A stretch of 64,000 nucleotides of DNA from an uncultured Aliarcobacter sp. (GTDB taxonomy: Bacteria; Campylobacterota; Campylobacteria; Campylobacterales; Arcobacteraceae): the NCBI GenBank assembly GCA_963677435.1, contig OY781945.1, forward strand, positions 1,184,001 through 1,248,000, read 5' to 3'. The stretch's first letter is position 1; every line of letters starts with the position of its first letter. The translations under genes were made by a program, and so were the position numbers. The notes under the pieces are model-generated. The model made no database searches. It was not told where the DNA came from and saw only the letters and a program-made list of their open reading frames with translations. Shown here piece after piece: positions 10,100 through 18,631 of this stretch.

Positions 10100-10653
10100 C
10101 CGACTGGATAAATAAGTTACTGAGAAGAAATACTATTACAGCAGGTGGAGATGTAACTGGAAGAGATAAAATAACGAATATCTTACCAAAACCTACACAG
10201 ATGGACATTCTTAATCAAAAATATGAAGAAGAAGTGACTAATAGTATTGAAAATAATTATCTAATAGACGAACTTCAACATTATAGTTGTTCCCTACATA
10301 CAGAGAGAACTCTATCCACTAAATTATCATCAGCAGGATTTGAATTTGTTTTAGAAGAAGCAGAAGAGTTAAAAGAGCTAATTTCTAAAATAATTGTAAA
10401 ACATCAAAATTTTAAATCTGCTCAAAAGATTATTACACTTCTACTAGCTAATGTTGAATCTACATTTAATATAAATATAAAGCCAAGACTTAAGAATATT
10501 GAAGATGAACAGATATTAAAACAAATTTTAAAAGAGCATCTCGAAGATGTTATATTAGAACAACTGGGCTCAAATGTGTTGGAAATTTATCAGAGACATG
10601 TAAGAGGAATGACATTCTTTTTAACTGGCAATTGCCACATAGAGTGGGAGTAG
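10096..10653 (+). CDS. Lamassu LmuA-like / ABC-three-component CTD protein without an enzymatic effector domain
   Basis: Position before middle component and SMC-like ATPase; C-terminus GMTFFLTGNCHIEW recalls ABC-3C CTD proteins; N-terminal ITAGGDVTGRDKIT. Confidence 0.75.
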   Translation: MTDWINKLLRRNTITAGGDVTGRDKITNILPKPTQMDILNQKYEEEVTNSIENNYLIDELQHYSCSLHTERTLSTKLSSAGFEFVLEEAEELKELISKIIVKHQNFKSAQKIITLLLANVESTFNINIKPRLKNIEDEQILKQILKEHLEDVILEQLGSNVLEIYQRHVRGMTFFLTGNCHIEWE

Positions 10654-10657
10654 TAAA

Positions 10658-11158
10658 ATGTTATTATACAATAAAGTAATTGACCCATACCATTCATTGT
10701 TGAGAATGTTAAGTATCTGTCACTCATCAAATGTAAATATGATTGAATATGAACGTTTACGTATGTATGATTTTTTACTGGCATTCCCATCTCATATTAC
10801 AGATACTACATTGCCTCGTAATTTAACAAGACAAAAGAATTTATTTAAAAAGTATTTAAACACTTACAATAAATTCAATGCTCGTATGTCTTATAAAAAT
10901 ATGGAGTTTATTCAAGATGCTGTTATAGTTAAATTAGAGTCTTTATTAATCTTGAATAAGAATATAAATACAAATGAATATAAGATTCAGAAAGAATATA
11001 TTTCAACTGAACTAATTTGTTTAATAGAAGAGTCAACAAGTATTGATTTTGAACTTTTAAAACTAATCAGTGATGGTTTATCGGAAATAGATTTGTATGG
11101 TACAAGTGGTTTAAAAGACAGATTGAAAATATTGGAGTTCAAATATGATGCAGTTTAA
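10658..11158 (+). CDS. Lamassu LmuC-like / ABC-three-component middle component
   Basis: 166 aa; N-terminal LYxxxxDPYHxxxR, YDFLLAFP and C-terminal GLKDRLxxLEFKYD recall MC5-like middle components; overlaps the ATPase start. Confidence 0.75.
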   Translation: MLLYNKVIDPYHSLLRMLSICHSSNVNMIEYERLRMYDFLLAFPSHITDTTLPRNLTRQKNLFKKYLNTYNKFNARMSYKNMEFIQDAVIVKLESLLILNKNINTNEYKIQKEYISTELICLIEESTSIDFELLKLISDGLSEIDLYGTSGLKDRLKILEFKYDAV

Positions 11159-13057
11159 TCCATCAATAGTAATTAAACACTTAGTGGCAAAAAAATCTAA
11201 TGAAGTGGTATTTACAGAGAAGTTTCATTATGGGTTAAATGTATTATATGGTTCAAATGGAGGTGGAAAAACCTCAATAATTCAGCTACTTGTTTATTCT
11301 TTAGGATATAACATTGTAGATTGGAAAGTAGAAGCTGGTTCATGTGATTTTGTATTCTGTGAAGTTGAATTAAACAATATTACTATGACTTTTAGAAGAA
11401 AGATTAATCATAGCACTAAACAAAGTCTTCAAATTTGTTATATGGAACTATCACTAGCCTTAGAAACAAGTCTTGATAATTGGGCAGAATATCCATATGC
11501 TATTTCAGCGAATAAAGAAAGTTTTTCCCAAAAAATTTTTGAATTATTAGGTATGCCAGAAACTAAGTTTGATGACAATAGTAATATGACGTTACACCAA
11601 ATATTACGACTAATATATAGTGACCAGTCAAATCCAGCAAGGTTCATATTTAATCATGAAAATTTTGATTCTGCTTTGAAAAGAGAAATAGTAGGAAATC
11701 ATCTTTTAGGTTTATACGATGCAGAATTATATGATGCAAAGATAGAGCTTAATAAAGCTCAGAAAAAATTTGACAAATTAATAGCGAATTAAAAGCAATG
11801 TATACTATTCTAAGAAATTCTAATATCATTGAAGAATCTGATGATATAGAAGAGTATTTAAAAAAATTAAATGATGAGACTATTGCTTTGATAGAAAAAA
11901 TTGCTTTAATCAAAGCAAATCAAATTCTAGATTATACTCAAGAGAACAAGGCAATTAATGAATTGTCTAATAATAACATAGAACTTAAACAACAAATTTT
12001 TGATATTGAAAGTGACTTGAGTTTAACAGCTTATGAAATTGAAGATTCAAAATTATTTATTCAAGAACTAGAAGATAAACTTGATGCGATTAATGATTCT
12101 ATACGAATGAAACAAGCCGTTTCAAATATAGATTTTGAAATATGTCCAAGTTGTTTTACTGTTGTTAAAAAATCTGACGACAACAGTTGTAGTCTATGTA
12201 AGCAAACAGAACCTAAAAAACAAGCTGAAGTAAATTTACTAAGAATGCGAAATGAATTACAACTTCAGTTGAAAGAATCACTTTCATTATTATCAAGAAA
12301 AGAGAGTAGGTTTAGTGAAAATAAAAAAATACTAAATACACATAATTCTTTGTTAAAAAAGAATATTACAGAAATTGTACCAACCTTTTCTACTATAAAT
12401 ACAGCTAGAGAAAAAGAACTATTTGAATCATATCAATTAATAGGTCAAAATCAAGAAAAAGTTGATACATACAATAAGCTTGGTTCACTTTATAATGAAG
12501 TGAACCGAATATCGGATGAAAAAGATATTGAAGAAAAAAATATTGAGAAATTTGAAGAACTTGTAAAAGAAAAAGAAAATGTAGCTATTCAAAGAGAAAC
12601 TGAATTAAGAACTTTAATATCCACGATAATGTGTAGACTTTTGCAAAAAGATACAATTGCAGAATCTAATGAAGAACTGGAAGATAAGTTTAAGTCAGCA
12701 ACAAAGGTTGATTTTGATTTTGCATCAAATGCTATAATCGTTGATGGACAATCAATATTTTCAGAGAGTTCAATGTTTTTATTAAATAATCTATTTCATC
12801 TAGCAATTTTATTGGCATCTACGGAAAAAGAATATATTCGTTTTCCAAGATTATTAATTTTAGATGGTATAGAAAATGGTGGGATGTCTGATGCAAGATC
12901 TAGAAATTTCCAAAAAATAGTAAAAGATGAAACGGATACGATAAAAACAAAATTTCAAGTTTTGATTGCAACAAGAAGTATACATGAAAGTTTAGAAAAT
13001 AAAATGTACCAAATAGGAAATAAATTAACTTCAAATGCAAAAAGCTTAAACATATAA
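11145..13057 (+). pseudogene. Lamassu LmuB SMC/Rad50-like ABC ATPase, split by a 1-bp frameshift at ~11774-11789
   Basis: ORF 11145-11792 has Walker A GSNGGGKT; ORF 11798-13057 has coiled coil, CPSC/CSLC Zn-hook-like motifs, FSESS signature-like and LLILDGIENGG Walker B-like motifs; one added base joins them into ~637 aa. Confidence 0.8.
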
Positions 13058-13105
13058 CAAAATCTAGAAGTGAACGCATAGCGTCACTGAAGTCAAACGT
13101 TGTAC
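13052..13105 (+). repeat. attC-like site 1
   Basis: R'' ATATAAC, 5-bp spacer, L'' CTAGAAGT, hairpin GAACGC-ATA-GCGTC, L' ACTGAAG, 6-bp spacer TCAAAC, R' GTTGTAC; lmuB stop lies inside R''. Confidence 0.8.
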
Positions 13106-13128
13106 ATCAGCAGTAAAGGAAAAATAAA

Positions 13129-16100
13129 TTGATAAAAAATTATATCGTATTAAAAGAAATTAAAACTAATGTGTATTTAGTTAAAGATCTTAAAAATAAT
13201 CAGTTAGTTGTAAAACAATATCCAAAAAATGAAAGTAAATATACCTCAATATATTTACATGAAATAGAAGCTTTAAAAAAATTACAACATCCCAGTATAG
13301 TGAAAATTGAAGATAATGAAGATAATGACGAAAATTATTACATATTATTTAAATATATTGATGGTAAAAATTTTGTAGATAATTTTTATAATTTAAACAA
13401 TGATAAAATGAAATGTGGTTTTTTTAAATCAATTATAAAAATTCTAGAAACAATAGATTATATACATACTCATGATTTTATTCACAAAGATATTAAACCT
13501 AGTAATATAATTATTGATTACAACAATAATCCTTTTATATTAGATTTTGGTACAGCTACAATATCAAATACAATCACAAGAACTCAGCAAGATTTATCAT
13601 TATGGTATGCTAGTCCTGAACAAAAAAATAATCAAGAAGTGGACATAACTACAGATTTATATTCATTTGGAATTACGCTAATAGAAACACTTGTAAATAA
13701 AGATGATTTTGAGAAATTTACACAAAATTCTATTTCAATTGATGAATTAATTAATAATATTACAGTTTTTAATGATGGTATAAATGAAGAAATTAAAAAT
13801 ATTATTAGAAAGCTTACTTATAAGAAGAGAACTGAGAGATACCAAAGTGCAAAAGAAGTTATTATTGATATTAAAAGAGTATTAAAGTTTTTAGATTGTG
13901 GAGATCTATATAAATTAGAATTAAATAATAAAGTAAAAGAACAAATACAAAATGATTATAGCTTATCTTCTTGGGATATAAACGACTTTATTGAAAAAAA
14001 ATTATCTGAAGAAATATGTTATGTACAATTTGACATCGACAAATATGAAAAAAATGAAATAAGAATTGCGATAAGTGATTTTGTATTGTATTGTGCTATA
14101 AGAGATGAACATTTTTTTATAGTTCGGTATACTCAAATATCAAGTAGTGTTGATTATGTAAAACAAAATGGATTTATAATAGATGACAGATTTACTTTTA
14201 ACAGTAATTTAAACTACTCTATAACTCATTCTTTAGTAGAAAAACTTGTGGATTTAAAAAAAGAAAATGATAAAAAAAATATTGTCGATAAAGAAAAGAA
14301 AAGTTTTTTAGATAAAACAGACATGCAACTTAAAATTGAAAGAGCGATACTTGATAAGAAGAACATTTCATTATTTGCTAAAAAATCAGCTAATGGACAT
14401 AAAAAAGGAAAAAAAGAGTTAATTGTTGAGATAGTTAATTTATCAAATATTGAAATTACAAAAGAGCATTTAAAAGATTCTACAAAAGATGATGAATTTG
14501 TACATAGATTATTTGAAGATGGATTTATAGATGATCCAAATAATCAAGATGTATTAAAATTACTGAACGAATTAATTAAAAATTATTTTTTTGAAGAACA
14601 TAAAAAAGAAGTTATAAAAAAACTTCATTTTACGAATAAGTCAAGAATAACTATACAAGATATTGAAACTAATTTTATTTCAAAATATAAAGAAATAAAT
14701 ACTAACTCCGATAAATTAAAGTTTAATTCTGGATTATTATTTTTTATATATCCAGATTATCTAATAAAACAAAAAGAAGAAGAAAAATACTTTACAGTGA
14801 ATGATGATGTAGTTATTGAGTCTATTGTAAAAAACAGTAAATTTAACGAAAAATTTACTGTCAAGAATATAGATACACCAAACAAGCAAATTATATTAAC
14901 TTATGAAAAAGAGCTTAGCAAAATTCCAGATGAACTAAAAATCTCATTTGATTATGATAGAAATACTGGTGTATTAAAAAAACAAGAATATTCTATAAAA
15001 GATTTAAAAAGCAATAATACAACAATAGAAAATTTACTAAGTAAAATATCAAATCCTAATACATTAGCACCTAAACGTGAAATACCAAAATGTAAAAGCT
15101 ATTTTAATGATGATATTGATGAAAACCAACAAGAAGCGGTAGATAAAGCAACCTCCTTAGAAAATGGAGAATATCTAGTAATTCAAGGACCTCCTGGAAC
15201 AGGTAAGACTACGGTTATAACAGAAATAATTAAACAAATTTTATCAAGAAATAAATTAGCAAAAATTTTAGTTACTTCACAATCAAATCAAGCAGTTGAT
15301 AATGTATTAGAAAAAATATGTGAAAGTGAAGAAAAAATTGTAAGGTTTGGTAACGATAAATCTAAATTATCTAAAATTGCAAATAAATATCATGAAGAAG
15401 CAGTTTTTGATAAATATTTACAAACTGTAAAAAATAGATTGGATAATGATAATACTAATTATTTTATTCAAAGTGAATGTTTAAATAAACTTCACGAAAA
15501 ATGGAAACATCAGATCTTACAAGCTGATGATGAGCTAAAAACACTTTTGTTTAAAAAAATCAGAGTTATATTTGGAACATTAGTTGGGATTAGTAGTTGG
15601 CAAGATTTTAGGTCAGTTGAATTCGATTACATTATTGTTGATGAAGCAGGAAGAGCGACCTTACCAGAACTGATGATACCACTAAGACGAGCAAAAAGAT
15701 TTATATTAGTTGGAGATCATAAACAACTACCACCAATTGTAGATGATAAAATTGTGGCACAAATGAAAGAATATGATAAAAAAGATTTAGAAACGACACT
15801 CTTTGAAGAATTATATAACAAAATAGATCATAATGATTTCAAACATTTTCTTAAATATAATTATCGTTCACATAGAAGTATCGCTAAAATATATAGTGAT
15901 ACTTTTTATAATGGAGAAATTGAAACTAAAGATTTTTTAGTACGAGAACATGGACTTAATTTTGATAAAAAAGTATACTTTTATTCTACTTCTAAATTAG
16001 ATGATAGATTTGAGAAACCTTCAGGAGCTACCGGCCTTAAAAATGATTTAAACTGTAATGAAATATTAAATATCCTTGAAGAAATACAAGAACAATGTTT

Positions 16101-16500
16101 AAAAAATAATCTTAATAAATCAGTAGGTGTTATTACTCCTTATTTGGAACAAAAATACAATATATTCAATAAATTTAATCCTAAAAAAAATAAGTATTCT
16201 AATTTAACTGTTGAAATAAATACTATAGATGCATTTCAAGGTAGTGATCGAGATATAATCATATATGATATTGTAAGAAGTAAAGATAATGGAACTGCAA
16301 ATATTCAATTTGTTGCTGATGAGAAAAGATTAAATGTAGCACTATCAAGAACAAAAGAACTATTATTTATAGTAGGTGATGCTACATTTATTTATAATGC
16401 TTCGATTAAAGATAAGAATAATCCATTTAAAGCAATTATTGAGATGATGAGTAAAGATAAAAACAATTATGAAATAAAAGAGTTGAAAAATGATAAATAA
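13129..16500 (+). CDS. Ser/Thr kinase-SF1 (DNA2/UPF1-like) helicase fusion, Mokosh type I MkoA-like
   Basis: HKDIKPSN, DFG, YASPEQ kinase motifs; GPPGTGKT, DEAGR, GDHKQLPP, FQGSDRD, RLNVALSR helicase motifs; AAGGA RBS before TTG. Confidence 0.82.
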   Translation: MIKNYIVLKEIKTNVYLVKDLKNNQLVVKQYPKNESKYTSIYLHEIEALKKLQHPSIVKIEDNEDNDENYYILFKYIDGKNFVDNFYNLNNDKMKCGFFKSIIKILETIDYIHTHDFIHKDIKPSNIIIDYNNNPFILDFGTATISNTITRTQQDLSLWYASPEQKNNQEVDITTDLYSFGITLIETLVNKDDFEKFTQNSISIDELINNITVFNDGINEEIKNIIRKLTYKKRTERYQSAKEVIIDIKRVLKFLDCGDLYKLELNNKVKEQIQNDYSLSSWDINDFIEKKLSEEICYVQFDIDKYEKNEIRIAISDFVLYCAIRDEHFFIVRYTQISSSVDYVKQNGFIIDDRFTFNSNLNYSITHSLVEKLVDLKKENDKKNIVDKEKKSFLDKTDMQLKIERAILDKKNISLFAKKSANGHKKGKKELIVEIVNLSNIEITKEHLKDSTKDDEFVHRLFEDGFIDDPNNQDVLKLLNELIKNYFFEEHKKEVIKKLHFTNKSRITIQDIETNFISKYKEINTNSDKLKFNSGLLFFIYPDYLIKQKEEEKYFTVNDDVVIESIVKNSKFNEKFTVKNIDTPNKQIILTYEKELSKIPDELKISFDYDRNTGVLKKQEYSIKDLKSNNTTIENLLSKISNPNTLAPKREIPKCKSYFNDDIDENQQEAVDKATSLENGEYLVIQGPPGTGKTTVITEIIKQILSRNKLAKILVTSQSNQAVDNVLEKICESEEKIVRFGNDKSKLSKIANKYHEEAVFDKYLQTVKNRLDNDNTNYFIQSECLNKLHEKWKHQILQADDELKTLLFKKIRVIFGTLVGISSWQDFRSVEFDYIIVDEAGRATLPELMIPLRRAKRFILVGDHKQLPPIVDDKIVAQMKEYDKKDLETTLFEELYNKIDHNDFKHFLKYNYRSHRSIAKIYSDTFYNGEIETKDFLVREHGLNFDKKVYFYSTSKLDDRFEKPSGATGLKNDLNCNEILNILEEIQEQCLKNNLNKSVGVITPYLEQKYNIFNKFNPKKNKYSNLTVEINTIDAFQGSDRDIIIYDIVRSKDNGTANIQFVADEKRLNVALSRTKELLFIVGDATFIYNASIKDKNNPFKAIIEMMSKDKNNYEIKELKNDK

Positions 16501-17782
16501 TGTAACTGAAAAAGAAATTTATGCAAATAAGTTTTACAACTACTACAATGATGATGATTATACACTATATGATATTCAAGAATTTTACTATCCTTTCTAT
16601 CGTATAAAATGTAACTGTATTTTTAGAGAAAAAAATAAAATATCTATTGTTGAAGAAAACTTTTTAGAAGCAATAAAATGTGGCATAAAAGATTATGAAT
16701 CATTGGAGCAATTTTTAGCACTTGACAAAGAAATATTTGAAGAAGTTGCAGGTAAATTACATATAGATAATTTATTTATAGAAACTCCTTTATTGCAATT
16801 AACTGAACACGGTAAAAAAATACTTGAAGATGGAGCGAAATTAAATAGTGTTGAAGATGAAGAGTATGTTACACTTGATGGTATCACTGGTGATACTTCA
16901 AATGAATATATTGAAGATGAAAAGAAAAATGATAAATCAAAAAATATAAACCATTTAAAACCCCAAATACCATACCCTAAAAATGAAACTTTAGACAGAG
17001 TAATTAATAATAAAGCTTTACAAACAATTTTATTTGAGGAGATAAAGAAAAAAGATAAAAAAGAGAAAGAGATATATGAAATAAATGAGATAGTTGGAAA
17101 GCCATTTAAAGTTCATAAAAAGTATTTTGTTCTATTTTTTAAAAATAATGAAAACCCTAAAAAAATATTGATTATAAAAAATGGTCATCCCGATGATACA
17201 ATGACAGAAATAATTAATAAAATTGAGCAGGATGGTAAAAATTTATTTGATCTCTCAAGAGATGCACAAGCAGAGAATAAAAAGCTATTTGAACAAAAAA
17301 ACATATATGAGTATTCACAAATTGATAATTTAACTAATGGCACTCAATTGAGTACATACGAACATCCTAAGTTTTTTGAATATGCTTTTAAATATTCAAA
17401 AAAAGAAGTTGTAATAATTTCTCCTTGGATAAGATGGGAAATTATAAAAGAAAAAAAAGATGCTATTGAAAATGCCTTAAAGAGAAAAGTTGAGATATTC
17501 TTTTTTTACGGTATGGGTAAAAAAGATGATTTAGACAAACAATCTAAAGATTTTTTTATAGATATGCAAACAAAGTATCCTAAACTTTTAAAGTTTAGTA
17601 CAAATAATGATATTAATGACCATTCAAAAATTATCATCTGTGATAGAGATTGGATGGTTACAACTAGCTTTAATTGGACATCATTTAAAGGTGATGAAAA
17701 CAGAGAAGAGAGAAAAGAAAGAGGCAGTTTTATTAATGATAGAAGTGAAGTGATAAAAACAGTTAAAGTATACATAAACTAA
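16490..17782 (+). CDS. PLD-family nuclease, Mokosh type I MkoB-like
   Basis: ISPWI, single HKD motif HSKIIICD and TSFNW at the C-terminus; overlaps the kinase-helicase stop. Confidence 0.8.
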   Translation: MINNVTEKEIYANKFYNYYNDDDYTLYDIQEFYYPFYRIKCNCIFREKNKISIVEENFLEAIKCGIKDYESLEQFLALDKEIFEEVAGKLHIDNLFIETPLLQLTEHGKKILEDGAKLNSVEDEEYVTLDGITGDTSNEYIEDEKKNDKSKNINHLKPQIPYPKNETLDRVINNKALQTILFEEIKKKDKKEKEIYEINEIVGKPFKVHKKYFVLFFKNNENPKKILIIKNGHPDDTMTEIINKIEQDGKNLFDLSRDAQAENKKLFEQKNIYEYSQIDNLTNGTQLSTYEHPKFFEYAFKYSKKEVVIISPWIRWEIIKEKKDAIENALKRKVEIFFFYGMGKKDDLDKQSKDFFIDMQTKYPKLLKFSTNNDINDHSKIIICDRDWMVTTSFNWTSFKGDENREERKERGSFINDRSEVIKTVKVYIN

Positions 17783-17785
17783 TAT

Positions 17786-17839
17786 GTATAACAAAACCTA
17801 GCAGTGAACGCATAGCGTCACTGAAGTCAAACGTTAGAT
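17786..17839 (+). repeat. attC-like site 2
   Basis: 45/47 identical to site 1 from TAAC to GTT; R'' GTATAAC, R' GTTAGAT (perfect GTTRRRY); starts 4 nt after the PLD stop. Confidence 0.8.
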
Positions 17840-17944
17840 TACATAATATCAAGAACGTTGGACGTTGGGTCAGACCCCATCTGTCAACTTTTCTGAAATA
17901 AACTTGAACATTTTTCTTTTAATTCTCATGAATACCTGATGGTC

Positions 17945-18417
17945 TTCGCATTTCTTACTTTTTGGTTTCAAAAAAGCAAGCTTTGTTCTTATACTCACAT
18001 TGAGAAAAAAGACTGCCGAATTGATGAAGGCAAAGATTCCTAAAATCTTAGCTTCATCAAAGGCAGAAATTCTTAGTGTTCAAACTATCTTTTTTAAATT
18101 GATATATGATAGTTTGAATTTTTAAGTTAAAGAAACAACCGAATGAATCTCTTTCTACATCTGCAGGAGCCGAATGTTTATTTTTATTTTTTCTAAACAA
18201 GATTGGCAACTGTTTGAGTGTTTAAAAGTTGCTAAATGCAAGTTTTAATAAACGAGTTTTCTCAAAGAGAGTGCAAGCATAAGCCAATCAGAAAAGATTA
18301 AAATAATAAATGAGGGAAGCTTTGCCTCCGAAGCCGTAGTTATTTTTGCTTACTTTTTGTCAATACATGCCGGAACAAGGTGACTAAATCCTGAAAGGTA
18401 AAAGTAAGAAAAGCGGA
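17945..18417. repeat. Dispersed ~480-bp palindromic non-coding element, copy A (internally deleted)
   Basis: Terminal inverted repeats TTCGCATTTCTTACTTTT / AAAAGTAAGAAAAGCGGA; long blocks shared with 47426-47916. Confidence 0.75.
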
Positions 18418-18631
18418 GAGGTTCACCTCTTCAAGAGAATATTTTTTAAAAAAGATGTTTTATTTTTATATGATTTAATATTCATTGTTTCAAAATATCA
18501 TTTCCACTCACTTCTTATAACTCCTATAAAATAAGACTTATAAAACAAATTTTAAAATTTAAAACAATTTTGAAACAATTTTGTTTCAAAAAATGTTATA
18601 CTTCTCTTAGTTAAAAACTAAGGAGAATATT

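Larger units (their letters stand above)
9804..17839 (+). mobile_element. Two-cassette integron-type array lacking an integrase (CALIN-like) carrying defence systems
   Basis: Two near-identical 54-bp attC-like sites each directly after a gene block; cassette starts complementary to R'' boxes; no tyrosine recombinase ORF in the window. Confidence 0.75.

Noticed and set aside
10052..10176. The repeated 14-aa motif as a plain tandem DNA duplication, or the two ORFs as one frameshifted gene
   Set aside because: 8 of 14 codons differ, all silently; the flanks are unrelated; the ORFs have a clean ATGA stop/start overlap
11761..11792. Programmed -1 frameshift at the AAAAAA run in lmuB
   Set aside because: Slipping there meets TGA (11771-11773) in the -1 frame, and the permissible interval has no canonical slippery heptamer
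13052..17839. The 47-bp repeats as CRISPR repeats, IS ends or terminators
   Set aside because: Only two copies 4.7 kb apart; no cas or transposase genes; no U-tract; the layout fits attC
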